Positions 39,828-53,348 of a DNA stretch of 64,000 nt are shown here, in pieces (the stretch's first letter is position 1; the number at the start of each line of letters is the position of its first letter). This DNA is from Octopus sinensis. Taxonomy: Eukaryota. Both the position numbers and the translations under genes were made by a program. The stretch spans positions 25,358,001-25,422,000 of the forward strand of contig NC_043000.1 in the NCBI RefSeq assembly GCF_006345805.1. Direction: 5' to 3'. The notes under the pieces were generated by a model. That model did no database searches, had not been told where the DNA came from, and worked only from the letters and a program-made list of their open reading frames with translations.

Positions 39828-39851
39828 CATTTATTTGCCACAAGGGCGAAG

Positions 39852-39888
<37 letters not shown>

Positions 39889-40061
39889 GTTTACACACAC
39901 GTATATATGTATATACATATATATATATACACGTTTATATACATACGTATATATATATATCTGCCTGCATGGGTGTATATGTGTTTGTGTGTATGTATCA
40001 CTTTTTCCGACTATATTGCCTTTATCTTATCACTGTTTTCATTCTTCCATACCGCACACAC

Positions 40062-40139
<78 letters not shown>

Positions 40140-40249
40140 GCAGGATCACATCAGTTCTTATTCTCTCTGCGAAACAAGAATCAAATTTTCTCTTTGTCTT
40201 TCCCGCTTTTCCCCTCTTTCTTCACCCTATCTCTTTCTCTTTCCTTTTT

Positions 40250-40795
40250 CTCCCCGTTATCTCGTCATTCTTTCTCTCTCTCTCCTTGTCTCTTCTCCTC
40301 TTCTCCTCTTCCCCCTTTACCCTCTTCCTCCTTGCCTCTTCTTTTCTCCCCTTCCCCCTTTACCCTCTTTCTCCTTGCCTCTTCTTTTCTCCCCTTCCCC
40401 TTTACCCTCTCTCTCCTTGTCTCTTCTTCTCTTCACCACTTCCCCATTACCCTCTTTCTCATTGTCTCTTCTTCTCTTCTCCCCTTCCTCCTTTACCCTC
40501 TCTCTCCTTGTCTCTTCTCCTCTTCTCCCCTTCCCCATTACCCTCTTTCTCATTGTCTCTTCTTCTCTTCTCCCCTTCCCCTTTACCCTCTCTCTCCTCC
40601 TCTCCCCTTCCCCTTTACCCTCTCTCCCCTTGTCTCGTCTCTTCCCCCTTTACCCTCTCTCTCCTTGTCTCTTCTCCTCTTCTCCCCTTCCCCCTTTACC
40701 CTCTCTCTCTTCTTCTCCCCTTCCCCTTTACCCTCTCTCCCCTTGTCTCGTCTCTTCCCCCTTTACCCTCTCTCTCTCCCTCTCTCTCTCTTTCT
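40250..40795. repeat. Degenerate polypyrimidine minisatellite (~30-45-nt units containing TTCCCCTTTACCCTC)
   Basis: Direct reading. Confidence 0.85.
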
Positions 40796-41601
40796 CATTA
40801 CGTCACCTAATCTCTCAACCGACACAGACCAGACAAGTTACTCTTATCCAAATCACAAACAAGTAAACAGAACGTTGCATTTGTACCAACAGCCAATTAG
40901 ATTACAAAGCTATCGTCTGGTTGCGTCTGTCGGTTGACATGCGAGAATTAAACCAAACATTGACTTGATTATCTCTAATTACTTTTGGTATCTGAACACT
41001 ATTAACACAAGACGCCTTCCCGATGAATTGAGCTTCCAAATCATTTGAGCTGTACGTTAAATCCCCTAACAGACGGTAGCATTAGACGGCAAGAGCTAAA
41101 TATTCGGCCAGTTCGAACTAATAAATACATCGACAAAATGGAGTCTATGTGGTTGATTTGCATGTTAGAAGTTGCAGCCAATTTCCTCCCGTTTTACGCC
41201 GCCACCGTCTTAAGATATGGAAGGATGCATTTGATAATGTAGTCGTACATTGACTATGTTTGGGAAGTTCAAAGGAAACGGAACCATTTCGACCAAAAAG
41301 GATGCCTTTGCCAACTGGACTGGTAGGCGAGGGCCAACATGAGACTAAGCAACTTCTACTACTACTACTACCACTACTACTACTACTACTAATAATAATA
41401 ATAACAATAATAATAATAATAATAATAAGGGTTCTAAGCGCTTGAAGACTTCTGAAAACTTGTGGATACATACCTACATACACACATACATACACACACA
41501 TACATATATACACACACATATACATACATACATGCATGTATGCATGCTTGCATAGGTGCATACATACATGCAAACATACACGCATTTATATACACATATG
41601 T

Positions 41602-41661
<60 letters not shown>

Positions 41662-42049
41662 AACACACACACACATATATATATATATATACACACATAC
41701 ATTATATATATATACACACATACACATACATTATATATATGTATATATATATATATATATATATAAGGAATTTGAGAACGCCACTATATAAGATAAATTT
41801 TAATTTTTTGAGAGATTTTACATGTTTCTGTTCTTCGTGAAAAAACGAACCTTATCAAAAATATATATTTTAAAAAGTTAAGTGTAATAAAAGAAAAGTT
41901 CATAATTATTTCTTACTAGTCTCAACAGAGTCCACGTTGTGGTGTTTTGTGTGGGGAAACATAATAGCTGTCTTGTGCGTTGACTAGAATCGTTGGCTTA
42001 CAGCCAACGGATTCTAGTCAACGACGTTTTGTGACGTTTTGCTCATTAT

Positions 42050-42890
42050 TTATTTATTGTCTACAAGAGGCTAAACATAGAGGGGACAGACAAAGGAATT
42101 AAGTCGATTACATCGACTCTAGTGCGTAACTGGTATTATTTAATCGACCTCGAAATGATGAAAGGTAAAGTCGACCTTGGCAGAATTTGAACTCAGGGCG
42201 TAACGGCAGACGAAATACCTATTTCTTTACTACCCACAAGGGGGCTAAACACAGAGGGGACAAACAAGGACAGACAAACGGATTAAGTCGATTACATCGA
42301 CTCCAGTGCGTAACTGGTACTTAATTTATCGACCCCGAAAAGATGAAAGGCAAAGTCGACCTCGGAGGAATTTGAACTCAGAACGTAACGGCTTGCTAAC
42401 GTTTCTGCCAGCTCGAAATACCGCCAAGCATTTCGCCCGGCGTGCTAACAATTCTGCCAGCTCGCCGCCTTTTCTATTTTGTTCATATTCTTTTTTATTC
42501 TAGGCAGAAGGCCCGAAAAATTTTGGGAGAGGGGGCCAGTCGATTAGATCGACCCCAGTACGCAACTAGTACTTAATTTATCGACCCCGAAAGGATCGAA
42601 GGTAAAGTTGACCTCGGCAGAATTTGAACTCAGAACGTAGCGATGGGCGAAATACCTATTTCTTTATTACCCACAAGGGGCTAAACACAGAGAGGACAAA
42701 CAGGGACAGACAAACGGATTAAGTCGATTATATCGACCCCAGTGCGAAACTGATACTTAATTTATCAAGCCCTAAAGGATGAAAGGCAAAGTCGACCTCG
42801 GCGGAATTTGAACTCAGAACGTAACGGCAGACGAAATACCGCTAAGCATTTCGCCCGGCGTGCTAACGTTTCTGCCAGCTCGCTGCTTGT
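42050..42890 (-). mobile_element. Nested cluster of four tRNA/Meta-like SINE units (two SINE-in-SINE insertions)
   Basis: CGAAATACC direct repeats at 42201/42414 and 42648/42832 bracket tail-A inserts. Confidence 0.85.
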
Positions 42891-43479
42891 TTTGTTTCAC
42901 TGATAATGACAAAAGTATGCTTCCACTGTTATCCCTCATATGATGAGTAACACTCCAGTATATTCAATAACAGTCAGTCTGGAATTTTTTTATTTTTTTT
43001 AACGTTTTCTTCTCTTTTCACTCTTCAAATATCTGGAGAACACAAGGAAATACAGATAGGAAAATCAATATTTGTTATTTCGGAAATGCTATTGCAATTC
43101 ATTTCAACATTTTTTTAAAAACTACATTGGAAAATGGTATTTTAAACACATCATGTCTTAACCCTTGTGTCACACCAATATTTCTGTTAAAACATACTCC
43201 TTTGTTTTTCAATTAATTTCAAAAGTAAAGAACAAATTTAGTATGGTAAATTTAGTAAAGTAAACTGGTGTCTGGAACACGAATTAAGCTGTTTTTTGGA
43301 TGGAAAAATTTAGTTTAAACCACTTCAAAATAGCAAATGTCTTCTCAAGACTCGAGATAGTCATAGGTGGCTTGCTATCAAAGAGGTTAGACAAATGAAA
43401 AACTACATATACAGTTTTGTTTCACAAGGTAACTTTATATATATATCATTACTTCTTTTACTATCTCCCCTTCTTCCTA

Positions 43480-43690
43480 GCTTTCCTGTGTGACCCTCTC
43501 TGTCCGGCATTCGCCATAATAGATTGCTTGCCACTACACATTCTTTATTTCCTCTCCGTTTCTTTCTGTGTTCCTTTCTGTGGAAGAGCGTAAGCTCGAA
43601 ACGTTAAAGACCTTTTCACTTACCGAGCGTTAAACTAATATATCACCTGTCTTCGTCTTTTGTTTTTTTGTGAATTCTCCCCTATATATG
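43480..43690 (+). mobile_element. Penelope-like pLTR remnant with hammerhead-like motif
   Basis: CUGUGGAA-GAGC-GUAA-GCUC-GAAAC-GUU-AAAG at 43578-43609; homologous to 9100-9290. Confidence 0.6.
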
Positions 43691-43949
43691 TATGTGTGTG
43701 TGTGTGTGTGTATGTGTGTGTGTGTGTGTGTTTGTTTGTGCGCGCGCATGTGTGTGTGTATCTTTTATGTTATTTGTTTCAACCATTTGACTGTGGCCAT
43801 GTTGGGGCACCACCTTGCGGGGTTTTAGTTGAACAAATCGACCTCAGGACTTGTTTTTATAAACACACCAACACCGGTTGTGAAGCGATGGTGGGGGGGG
43901 GGACGCAAAGACACACACACACACACATATATTTGGTTAATGAGTGACG

Positions 43950-46452
43950 GAAGATGGAAGATACGAAAGTTTTTATTAATCACTACAACTGTTTTGACCC
44001 ATCTAGCATCGATCACTCACGGGTGTGATACCAAACAACTGGTTCAGAAACATCGGACAATACAGATGTGTCTCTTTGGGTGATAAACAGATACTTGTTA
44101 AAAATCTTACGCTAAATTTAGAGTAGCATATGCACCACATAAACAATAGTAAAATGAAACATCAGTTCAATAACCCACCAACTGGAACTAGCAAACATAT
44201 GTATCAAAATACCAACAAAGGAGATGTAAACCGCACCAAATATGGTCAAATCGTGATAGTAGAAATAATTGTGATATAGCTAACACGGTAACAACGTTGG
44301 AAAATGAAGTCAGAACAGCCATATATAACAAATAAATATAATAAATGCTCATGCAGAGAAAAATCAAAATGCCCATTTCTGAATATCTGTATAAGAATAA
44401 ATCTTTATATAAATGTACCGTGCACACAAGAGGAGGGCCGTATGTTTACCCTGGGGCAATGGCTGATTCATTCAAGCATTGTTATCGTAACCATGTCGCC
44501 AGCTTCAAGAAAATCAATAAGATGCATTCAACATTTTTGTGTGGCGACTTAAGGAAGATGAAATTAAATACAACATAACTTGGTCCACAGTAAAGCACGC
44601 AAAACCATATAATATCTTTTCCAGGAGATGACGATCTACTTCGTGGAATCCCTGTCTATTCTGTAGATCAACGAGAAGATCATTAATAGAATTTCTGAAA
44701 GACTCTCAAGATGTGTAAACGCATATAAATGCACGTTCGCACAATGCAATGGGAATTAATTTGAGAAATTGTTAACGTAATTCACCTTAAGGTATGGATG
44801 AATTCAATTTAGCTTTAAGCTACCCATTCTTATAAATACCAAGTTAGTTATTTAACTCGCTATCTGAACGTATGTGCACCAAACCACACATGTACGTATG
44901 CTTACATCTTCATGGATGCTCGTATGAGTGAGTGTACGTGCACCATACAAGCTACGCGAGGGCGTCTATATATCCATATCCGTTAATGGTTATATTTAAT
45001 ACGTTTTTCGCTGTATTGCGTGTTCATTTCTTTTTTGCATCTGTTATTTTATTATTGAGCCTGTATATAAATGAAAGATATGTCCTTTAATTTGCTGCTT
45101 TTCTTTACACGAACTGAGAAGATACATTGCGGAACTGTTATTTTAACGAATTATATGTTTATCGCTAGAAGAGACACATCTGCACTCTCCGATACTCCTG
45201 AACCAGTTTTGGGGTATCACACTCGTGAGGGATCGGTGCTAGATGGGTCGAACTAATTGTCGTGATTAATAAAAACTTTTGTATCTTCCAGCTTCCCTAT
45301 CTCATTAACCAAATACACAACGAACACTGTGAAAGTGGCCGTGCTTTACCAGTAAGCTACCAGGTGTAAATCATTCGTTTTATTATTTAATATCTTGTTT
45401 GTGTGCGTGTGTGTGTGTACGATGGGCTTCTTTCAGTTTTCATCTACCAAATCCACTCACAAAGGCTTTGGTCGGCTCGAAGCTATAGTAGAAGACACTT
45501 GTTCGAGATGCCACGCAGTGGGACTGAATCTGGAACCATGTGGTTGAGAAATAATCTTCTTATCACACAACCACACTAAATATATATATATGTGTTGGGT
45601 GTGTGCATATATATATATATATAGAAGGAGAGTGGGGAGATGGATAACAGAAAATGCATTGAACGACATTCTATATTTAAAATCACAACAATTGTTTCCA
45701 AATATTACACTCACAGTGCACTGGTTAGATGATATATTGCATAATCACTATCATTAATCAAAAGTGTGAGACGAGTTTCTTCAGGTGATTATTTTAAATA
45801 AGTCCTTCGTTCGATCGTATTGTCATTTCAGTCCGTATGAGAATGAATAACCCGAAGGACTTCTTTTGAAATAATCACACGAAAAAACACATCTTACACT
45901 TTTGAGGGATGATAATGATTAAACAATACATTAACTGTATCATCTCACCAATGTATTTCGAGTGTAAAAATGTGTGGAAACAATCATAGTGATTTGAAAT
46001 AAATAATATCGTTCAATCGGTTTTCTGTTATCCATCTCTTAATATAGACCAGTGGTTTTCAACCAGGGTTCCGCGGAACCTTAGGGTTCCGTCGGTACAG
46101 TGCAGGGGTTCCGCAAGAAGTTACAAAACTGCTAAAATCGGCAGTAATTTTTAAGTTTCCTGTGCAGATATGTGTGCATAAGACTATTAAATTATTGCAC
46201 AGGGGTTCCTCAAGCCAGTGGAATGTTTCCTTGGGGTTCCGCTCCAGCAAAAAGTTTTATTATTAGATGTCTATCTAATAATAAGGGCATTTTCACTGTT
46301 TCATGACATCCGGTAACCAATATTTGTGAACGAGCGTTGCGTAGCACATTACAAGGGTTTTACCCAAATCTTATTTAACTACGCGTACACACACCACACA
46401 CACACACACACGCACACACACGTATTTTTGATGTTCGATTTCACTATGTATG

Positions 46453-46516
<64 letters not shown>

Positions 46517-46835
46517 CACATATAAACACGCACGTACTTTTTTCGCTGGATTGCGTGTTCATTTCTCTTTTTGTCATCTGGGATTTTATTTTTGATCTTT
46601 GATATAAATGAAGATATCCCCTCCGTCTGGGTGTTTTTCTTTCTACAAAATGCAAAGTTACATTGCAGAACAGTCATTTTAACGAGTTGTGTTTATTTAT
46701 TTATCACCCGACGAGACACATCTGCACCACCGGATGCTCCCGAACCAGTTGTTGAGTGTCCCACCCATGAGGGATCGATGCTAGATGTGTCGAAACAATT
46801 GCCGTGATTAATAATAAATTCTCGTATATTCCATC
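43950..46835. repeat. Three paralogous 150-290-bp segments (43950-44110 inverted; 45005-45290 and 46540-46835 direct)
   Basis: Shared GAGACACATCTG..GAACCAGTT..TGAGGGATCG.TGCTAGATG.GTCG..GTGATTAATAA. Confidence 0.75.
46050..46256 (+). mobile_element. hAT-type MITE, right end missing
   Basis: Starts CAGTGGTTTTCAACC (Charlie-like terminus); GGGTTCC subterminal motif repeated five times. Confidence 0.65.
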
Positions 46836-46849
46836 TTCTGTCTTTCATT

Positions 46850-46885
<36 letters not shown>

Positions 46886-46891
<6 letters not shown>

Positions 46892-47154
46892 AATATAAGA
46901 GAGTGGTCACTATATGGCTCACTCTAGCACTAGTTAATCCAAAAGGTTTCAACCACAAAAATACATGTTTCCATGAAAGTCAGTACGATTGTTAGCTCAC
47001 ACGGACAGGGCTTGTTATTTTTTATTTGCCCTGTCCGTGTGAGCTAACAATCGTACTGACTTTCATGGGAAACATGTATTTTTGTGGTTGAAACCTTTTG
47101 GATTAACTAGTGCTAGAGTGAGCCATATAGTGACCACTCTCTTATATTTATTTT
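46886..47154. repeat. Near-perfect palindrome: 126/127-bp arms, 16-nt spacer
   Basis: 46886-47011 is the reverse complement of 47028-47154 except for one extra G. Confidence 0.95.
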
Positions 47155-47294
47155 GTAAAAATATTATAATATATTATAAAATATTATAATAATCCAGGTT
47201 TCTCGGAGCACTAGGCCACTTGGTGTTGAATAGATATACTATTAAATTAGTATCTAATTCTCTCACTCTTATTATTAATTATATATATATATTA

Positions 47295-47325
<31 letters not shown>

Positions 47326-47429
47326 ATATATACAGGCATACCTACATACAGACAGACAGACATAGTCAAATCGAACATCAAAATAACAAATAGCAAAACA
47401 AGAAAACATACATATGGCATGTATTAGCT

Positions 47430-47560
47430 TGACGCTCAGTAAAGGATGAAAAGAGTGTTTGATTTTTTTTTTATATATATATGTATTTTTTTTTTTACGA
47501 TTCGAGCCTAGCTCTTCATCAGAAAGAGGAGAACGGAAAGGTCTGGAAAAGGAAAAACTC
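47430..47560 (-). mobile_element. Penelope-like pLTR remnant (same family as 9149/43578) with canonical CUGAUGA
   Basis: Minus strand: CUUU-CUGAUGA(47522-47516)-A-GAGC-UAG-GCUC-GAAUC-GUA-AAA. Confidence 0.6.
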
Positions 47561-47699
47561 CACGAAAAGCACATGGTTGCAGTATGACCGGAAGATATAT
47601 TCTTTTATTCTCATTTCTTTATTGCCCTCAAGGGGCTAAACATAGAGGGGGCAAACAGGGACAGACAAAGGGATTAAGTCGAAAAGTTTCTCATTTCAC

Positions 47700-47965
47700 A
47701 TATTCTTTTATTCTCTTACTGGCGAATTTCCGGCACGGACAGAAGTTCAACACTGTGGATGAAGTTGGGAATGAGTGTAGCGAGCTCTTTGCCTCTTGAC
47801 TAGACAAAGGATATTAGCGTGGGATTGAATTTCTGGCATAACAATGGCAACAGACAATAGAATATGATGGAATAAATTTTGGTGAATAAACGCTTTCTGT
47901 ATGTACTTTGCTTGAACTATCAAAGCTTGAAATACAAAAACAGAAAACTTTTGATTCAACTTGGT
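47700..47965 (+). mobile_element. Mariner 3' fragment with TIR
   Basis: ..KFNTVDEVGNEC.ELFAS..GI..LA..WQQTIEYDG, followed by AAAACTTTTGATTCAACTTGGTA. Confidence 0.7.
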
Positions 47966-47983
47966 ATTTCCCTCTGTGTGTGT

Positions 47984-48022
<39 letters not shown>

Positions 48023-48027
48023 CGTGC

Positions 48028-48074
<47 letters not shown>

Positions 48075-48193
48075 CGTGTGCGTGCGTGTGTGTGTTGCGT
48101 GTGTGGTGTGTGTGCGTGTGTGCGTGCGTGTGTGTGTGTGTGTGCGTGCGTGTGTGTGTGTGTGCGTGCGTGCGTACGTGCGTGCGTGCGTCG

Positions 48194-48273
<80 letters not shown>

Positions 48274-48535
48274 TGTGTGTGTGTTTGCCTCAAATGCCAA
48301 AAAGTGCTTTCGCCAAAACAAACTGCATATCCAGTCAACCGTGCCAAACTGTTAACGTCCAAACAACGGCGTCCCATCGCCGAAATTCTGCTTCCAACTC
48401 TCGTTCCCTTCCAAAACCAGCCGTATTTTAAACTCTACAACGGTCATGGGTGTTTGCGCTACCTTATCTCCGACTTAGCCATAAACGTCTTATCCAGAAA
48501 CTCGCCGTGTTGATTAACACATATAGGAGGTTGTA

Positions 48536-48924
48536 GTGGAGGCGCAATGGCCCAGTGGTTAGGGCAGCGGACTCGCGGTCATAGGATCGCGGTTTCGATT
48601 CCCAGACCGGGCGTTGTGAGTGTTTATTGAGTAAAAACACCTAAAAGTTCCACGAGGCTCCGGCAGGGGATGGTGGTGATCCCTGCTGTACTCTTTCACC
48701 ACAACTTTCTCTCACTCTTACTTCCTGTTTCTGTTGTACCTGTATTTCAAAGGGCCGGCCTTGTCACTCTCTGTGTCACGCTGAATATCCCCAAGAACTA
48801 CGTTAAGGGTACACGTGTCTATGGAGTGCTCAGCCACTTACACGTTAATTTCACGAGCAGGCTGTTCCGTTGATTCGGATCAACCGGAACCCTCGTCGTC
48901 GTAACCGACGGAGTGCTTCCATCC
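48536..48924 (+). mobile_element. Full-length tRNA SINE, head type 3 (389 bp), with 13-bp TSD
   Basis: TSD ATAGGAGGTTGTA at 48523-48535 and 48925-48937. Confidence 0.92.
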
Positions 48925-50218
48925 ATAGGAGGTTGTACAAAACTTACTGTCTTTGTATAACGATGTGACGCTACTTCGAAATTGGAACAGGGACGCAAAC
49001 TTGTAATTATAACTCTGCAGGATCTCATGTTTTATAATCATTAAAAACATTGATGGAGATCACATGTAAGGAAATATAATAATTTTATGACGCTACATGT
49101 GTTTATATGATGCATGTTTCTGAATATTGTGGATGGGTTATTATTTGTTACACCTGAAATCTAAGGACATAGAATATATATATATACGCGTGGGTGCACA
49201 TTATATGTATACCATCGTCATCATCATAATCATCATCGTCGTCATCATCATCATTATCATCATCATTATCACCATTATCACCAGCATTATCGTCAGCATC
49301 AACATTATCGTCACCACAACCACCATCGTTAAAATCAAAGTATACATACATACAAACGTATGTATGAATGTATGTATGCATATATGTATATATGTACGTG
49401 CATATATGGTTTCCTCGCAGCCATTCCCCTTCTTCTCTCCCTTTCTCTTGCTCCTCCTCCCCCCTTCCTGTCGTTCACCCGCGACGGTACTTCCGCTCTG
49501 ACTATCTTTCTGGCCTGGCCTTTCAAGGTAATGGACGACATTCTTCATGCTCCTCTCGTCGTTCACAAAAAATTCTGCGTTCGCAATACTTGTTTTCGTT
49601 CGGCGTCAACAGCCCTTCTTATCTTGTTTTTCCCTGTCCTGTCTTTTACTGTTTATATTTTGTACTGTCGTTACTGTCCTGTTTTTTACCATTTTTTTTT
49701 TACCATTTTTTACCCCTCTGCGAAAAGATCTCAGAATTTTAATTGATTTGCTTTTCGCAGGAAGGAAAGTTTGTCGAAGATACGTTTCGCTTGTATCCTT
49801 CGAAACGTAGAGTAGATGAAACCGTAGCGACTGAAGAAGGGTTTTTTTCTTTGTGTTAATTGTCCTGTACACTATTTTTGTTGTTGTTTTTAAAAAAATG
49901 TCCAGTTCCTTTGGTTTGTGTCTATGTTTTCGGTTCTCATTGTGTTCGACATCCCTTTGGTGTCCTGTACTCATATATGCGTGTATATGTACATGTAGAG
50001 GTAGGTACGTACATATATGTTTATATATATGGATATGTTTTATTTCATTTATTAATATATATTTATATATATATGTGTGTGTGTGTCTGTGTGTGTGTGT
50101 GTATGCATATGTATATATATCTATATTTAATGTGTGTATGTATATATATGAATAAGTATATATGTACGTATATATATATATATATATATATATGCGTGCC
50201 ATATATACATATATATAT

Positions 50219-50260
<42 letters not shown>

Positions 50261-50381
50261 TGCCATATATACATATATATATATATTTACAATATATATG
50301 TATGACTATAATATACATCTATGTACACACATATTTATATACGCATAGTCCTTCTGTTTGTGTGTGTTTGTGTGTGCGTGC

Positions 50382-50442
<61 letters not shown>

Positions 50443-50798
50443 AAGATCAGGGAGATTATTTTGGAGATGTTAGTTGTTAATAATCCTATTTTCAGACAAT
50501 CTCTATAGTCTGCCATTTCTATCACATCGTCCTTGCTTAAAGTTAGTAACTGTGTATTTAAATGTTTCGAGACGTCAATTTTTTCCAATCCTTAACCTTC
50601 CAGTCCATCCTGCCCCATCTCTCCTGACTGTGGATTAAGCGGTGAATCACGTGACCACGTGACAATCAGCCCAATCAGATCAGACATTTGACACTTTACA
50701 ATAGTTAATCCTATTTCTCGGTCTCGCCATTACAGATGTTACTGGATAAACCTCTCTCACTCTCTCTCTCTTGCTCTCTCTCTCTCTTTCTCTCTATC

Positions 50799-50841
<43 letters not shown>

Positions 50842-51644
50842 CTCGTCGTCGTTGTCATCATCATCATTACCATCACCACCACGCAACAATTCCTCTCTCG
50901 CTCTCCCTTTCTCTTCCTCCCTCTCTTTCTCCCTCCCTTTCTCTGTGTGTGTCTCTCTATCTCTTTTTCTCACTCACTTTTTGTCTTTCTCTCTCTCTGT
51001 CTTTCTCTCTCTCTGTCTTTCTCTCTCTCTTTCTGACTATCTATCTCTCAATTTTTCTATCTTCCTTTCTACACTCACTGTTTTTCTTTCTTTCTCTCTT
51101 TCTTTCTTTTTTTCTTTCTTTATTTCCTTCTTTCTCTCTTTCTCAATCAATTTATTTCTCAAACTTTCTCTCTGTCACTCTCCCTCCTTCTCTCTCCCTC
51201 TTTCTCTCTTTCCATCTATCTCTCAATCTTTCAATCCATTCTCTCTTTCTCTCTCCTCTTTCACCTTATCTCCCAATCTCTCTTTCTCTCTTCCTGTTTC
51301 TCCCCCCCTCTCTGTTCCCCCCTCTCTGTTCCTCCCCTCTCTCTCTTTCTTCCTGTTTCCTTATCACTCCCTTTCACTATTCTTTCTCTCTTCTTTCTAG
51401 AAAGATTTTTTTTTCTCATGTCTTGGACAGACACCATCTTCCCACACATCCTCCTTTCCCCACCTCTTCCTCCTCATTATACCACTACCACCACCACTAC
51501 CACCGCTGCTGCTACTACTACTCGTTATTTTCCTCATCTATTTTATCCGATGTTTCGTTTCTTTATTTCTATTTTATTCCTTCCAGTCTTAAACCAACCT
51601 TCACCGTTGCCCTCATCATCATCATCATCGTCGTCGACGTCGTA

Positions 51645-51677
<33 letters not shown>

Positions 51678-51900
51678 GTTATCATCATCATCTTAGTAGT
51701 TGTTATTACTATCGTTGGCGTCATCGTCGTCGTCAGTCGTGGTAATCATTATCGTCGTCATCATCATCAACGCCGTAGTCGTAGTCACCCCACCACCACC
51801 ACCACCACCACGCAACAGTTCCTCTCTCTCCCTCCTTCCCCCTCTCCCTTCCTCTGTTACTCTCTTTCCATCCCTATCTCTCCTTTTCTTTGTTATTCTG

Positions 51901-51943
<43 letters not shown>

Positions 51944-52015
51944 TTATCTAGCTATCTATCTATCTATCTATTTATCTATCTATCTACCTATCTATCCATC
52001 TATCTATCTCTCTAG

Positions 52016-52061
<46 letters not shown>

Positions 52062-52186
52062 CTCTAGTTATCTATCTGTCTGTCTGTCTCTTTACCTATC
52101 TCACTCTCTCTCCCTCTCTTTCTCTATCTATCTATCGATCTATCTATCTATCTAATTATCTATCTATCTGTCTGTCTCTTTACCTA

Positions 52187-52257
<71 letters not shown>

Positions 52258-53151
52258 ATATATATATATATATAACATTTCCTTTATCTACCCCCACACA
52301 CACACACACTTTCAGCCTTACTCTTATGAATGTTAGTTAAATGTCGCCGTGGTAAGATCCTTGGCCAGAGCTGGTGTACCGTCACTATGACGACCAGATA
52401 TGAGTTACCAACTGTTTTTAGTTAAGCAACACCTTCCGACAATTAACTACCTACCACTGGTTTTACCTGTATCTGATTACATTTTCCATTCTACTTTGTC
52501 TACCTAAGCGACTATACTCTAAAAGCATAGCATACACTATTTGAATCCACTAAACCCGTGGCTTAATGGATAGGGTGTTGTGTTCATGATCGCCAGTTTG
52601 TTGTTTCGATTCCATGCGTTGCGTTCTTCAGCAAAACTCTTTATTTCCTATTGCTCCAGTTCACCCAGGAGTAACCTTGTAACGGACTGGAGTCCATCCT
52701 CCATTCCCCTCAACTACTTTCCCTCCCCTCCTTCTCTTCCCTCCGCTTTCCCGGTACTCTTCCTTTAACATTCGTACCCTTTGCCTCCTCTTTCTACGCC
52801 TCTTCCTTCTCACCTCCTACACCCTCTTCTAATTACTAAAATAATCAACAGTTTAATGTGATGGGCACAATATGTATAAAACTGAAACATGTGCATTTAT
52901 TAAAAATACATGTGTTTGTTGTTGGCTCGTTGATTGATATTATTTTAATTATTTCGGCAAATACGGGGAATAACTCTGTCTCTCAGCTCAGCATAAACTT
53001 CCACGAATTTGTAGCCATATCGACGAAAGACATTCATCAACTGGATATTTTAAAATATTTGTCCAGAGTGGCTTATAAATAAAAAAAAATAATAATAAGA
53101 GGAAGAAAAACAATGAATCGAAGCGCAAAGTCAACGTAAAAGGAGAGAAGA

Positions 53152-53348
53152 GGAATCGACGTTTCGGATATTTGTAGAAATTGACGTTTCGGATATTTAT
53201 AAGAATTGACGTTTCGGATATCTGTAGAAATTGACGCTTCGGATATTTGTAGAAATTGACGTTTCGGATATTTGTAGAAATTGACGTTTCGGATATCTGT
53301 AGAAATTGACGTTTCGGATATCTGTAGAAAATGACGTTTCGGATATTT
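53152..53348. repeat. 25-nt tandem repeat, ~8 copies (AAATTGACGTTTCGGATATYTGTAG)
   Basis: Direct reading. Confidence 0.9.

Noticed and set aside
49420-49535. Possible first exon (ACTTCCG ETS-like motif, CAAG|GTAATG donor)
   Set aside because: Short motifs expected by chance; no downstream exon identified.
53152-53348. CRISPR-like array
   Set aside because: Head-to-tail repeats with no unique spacers, in a eukaryotic context.
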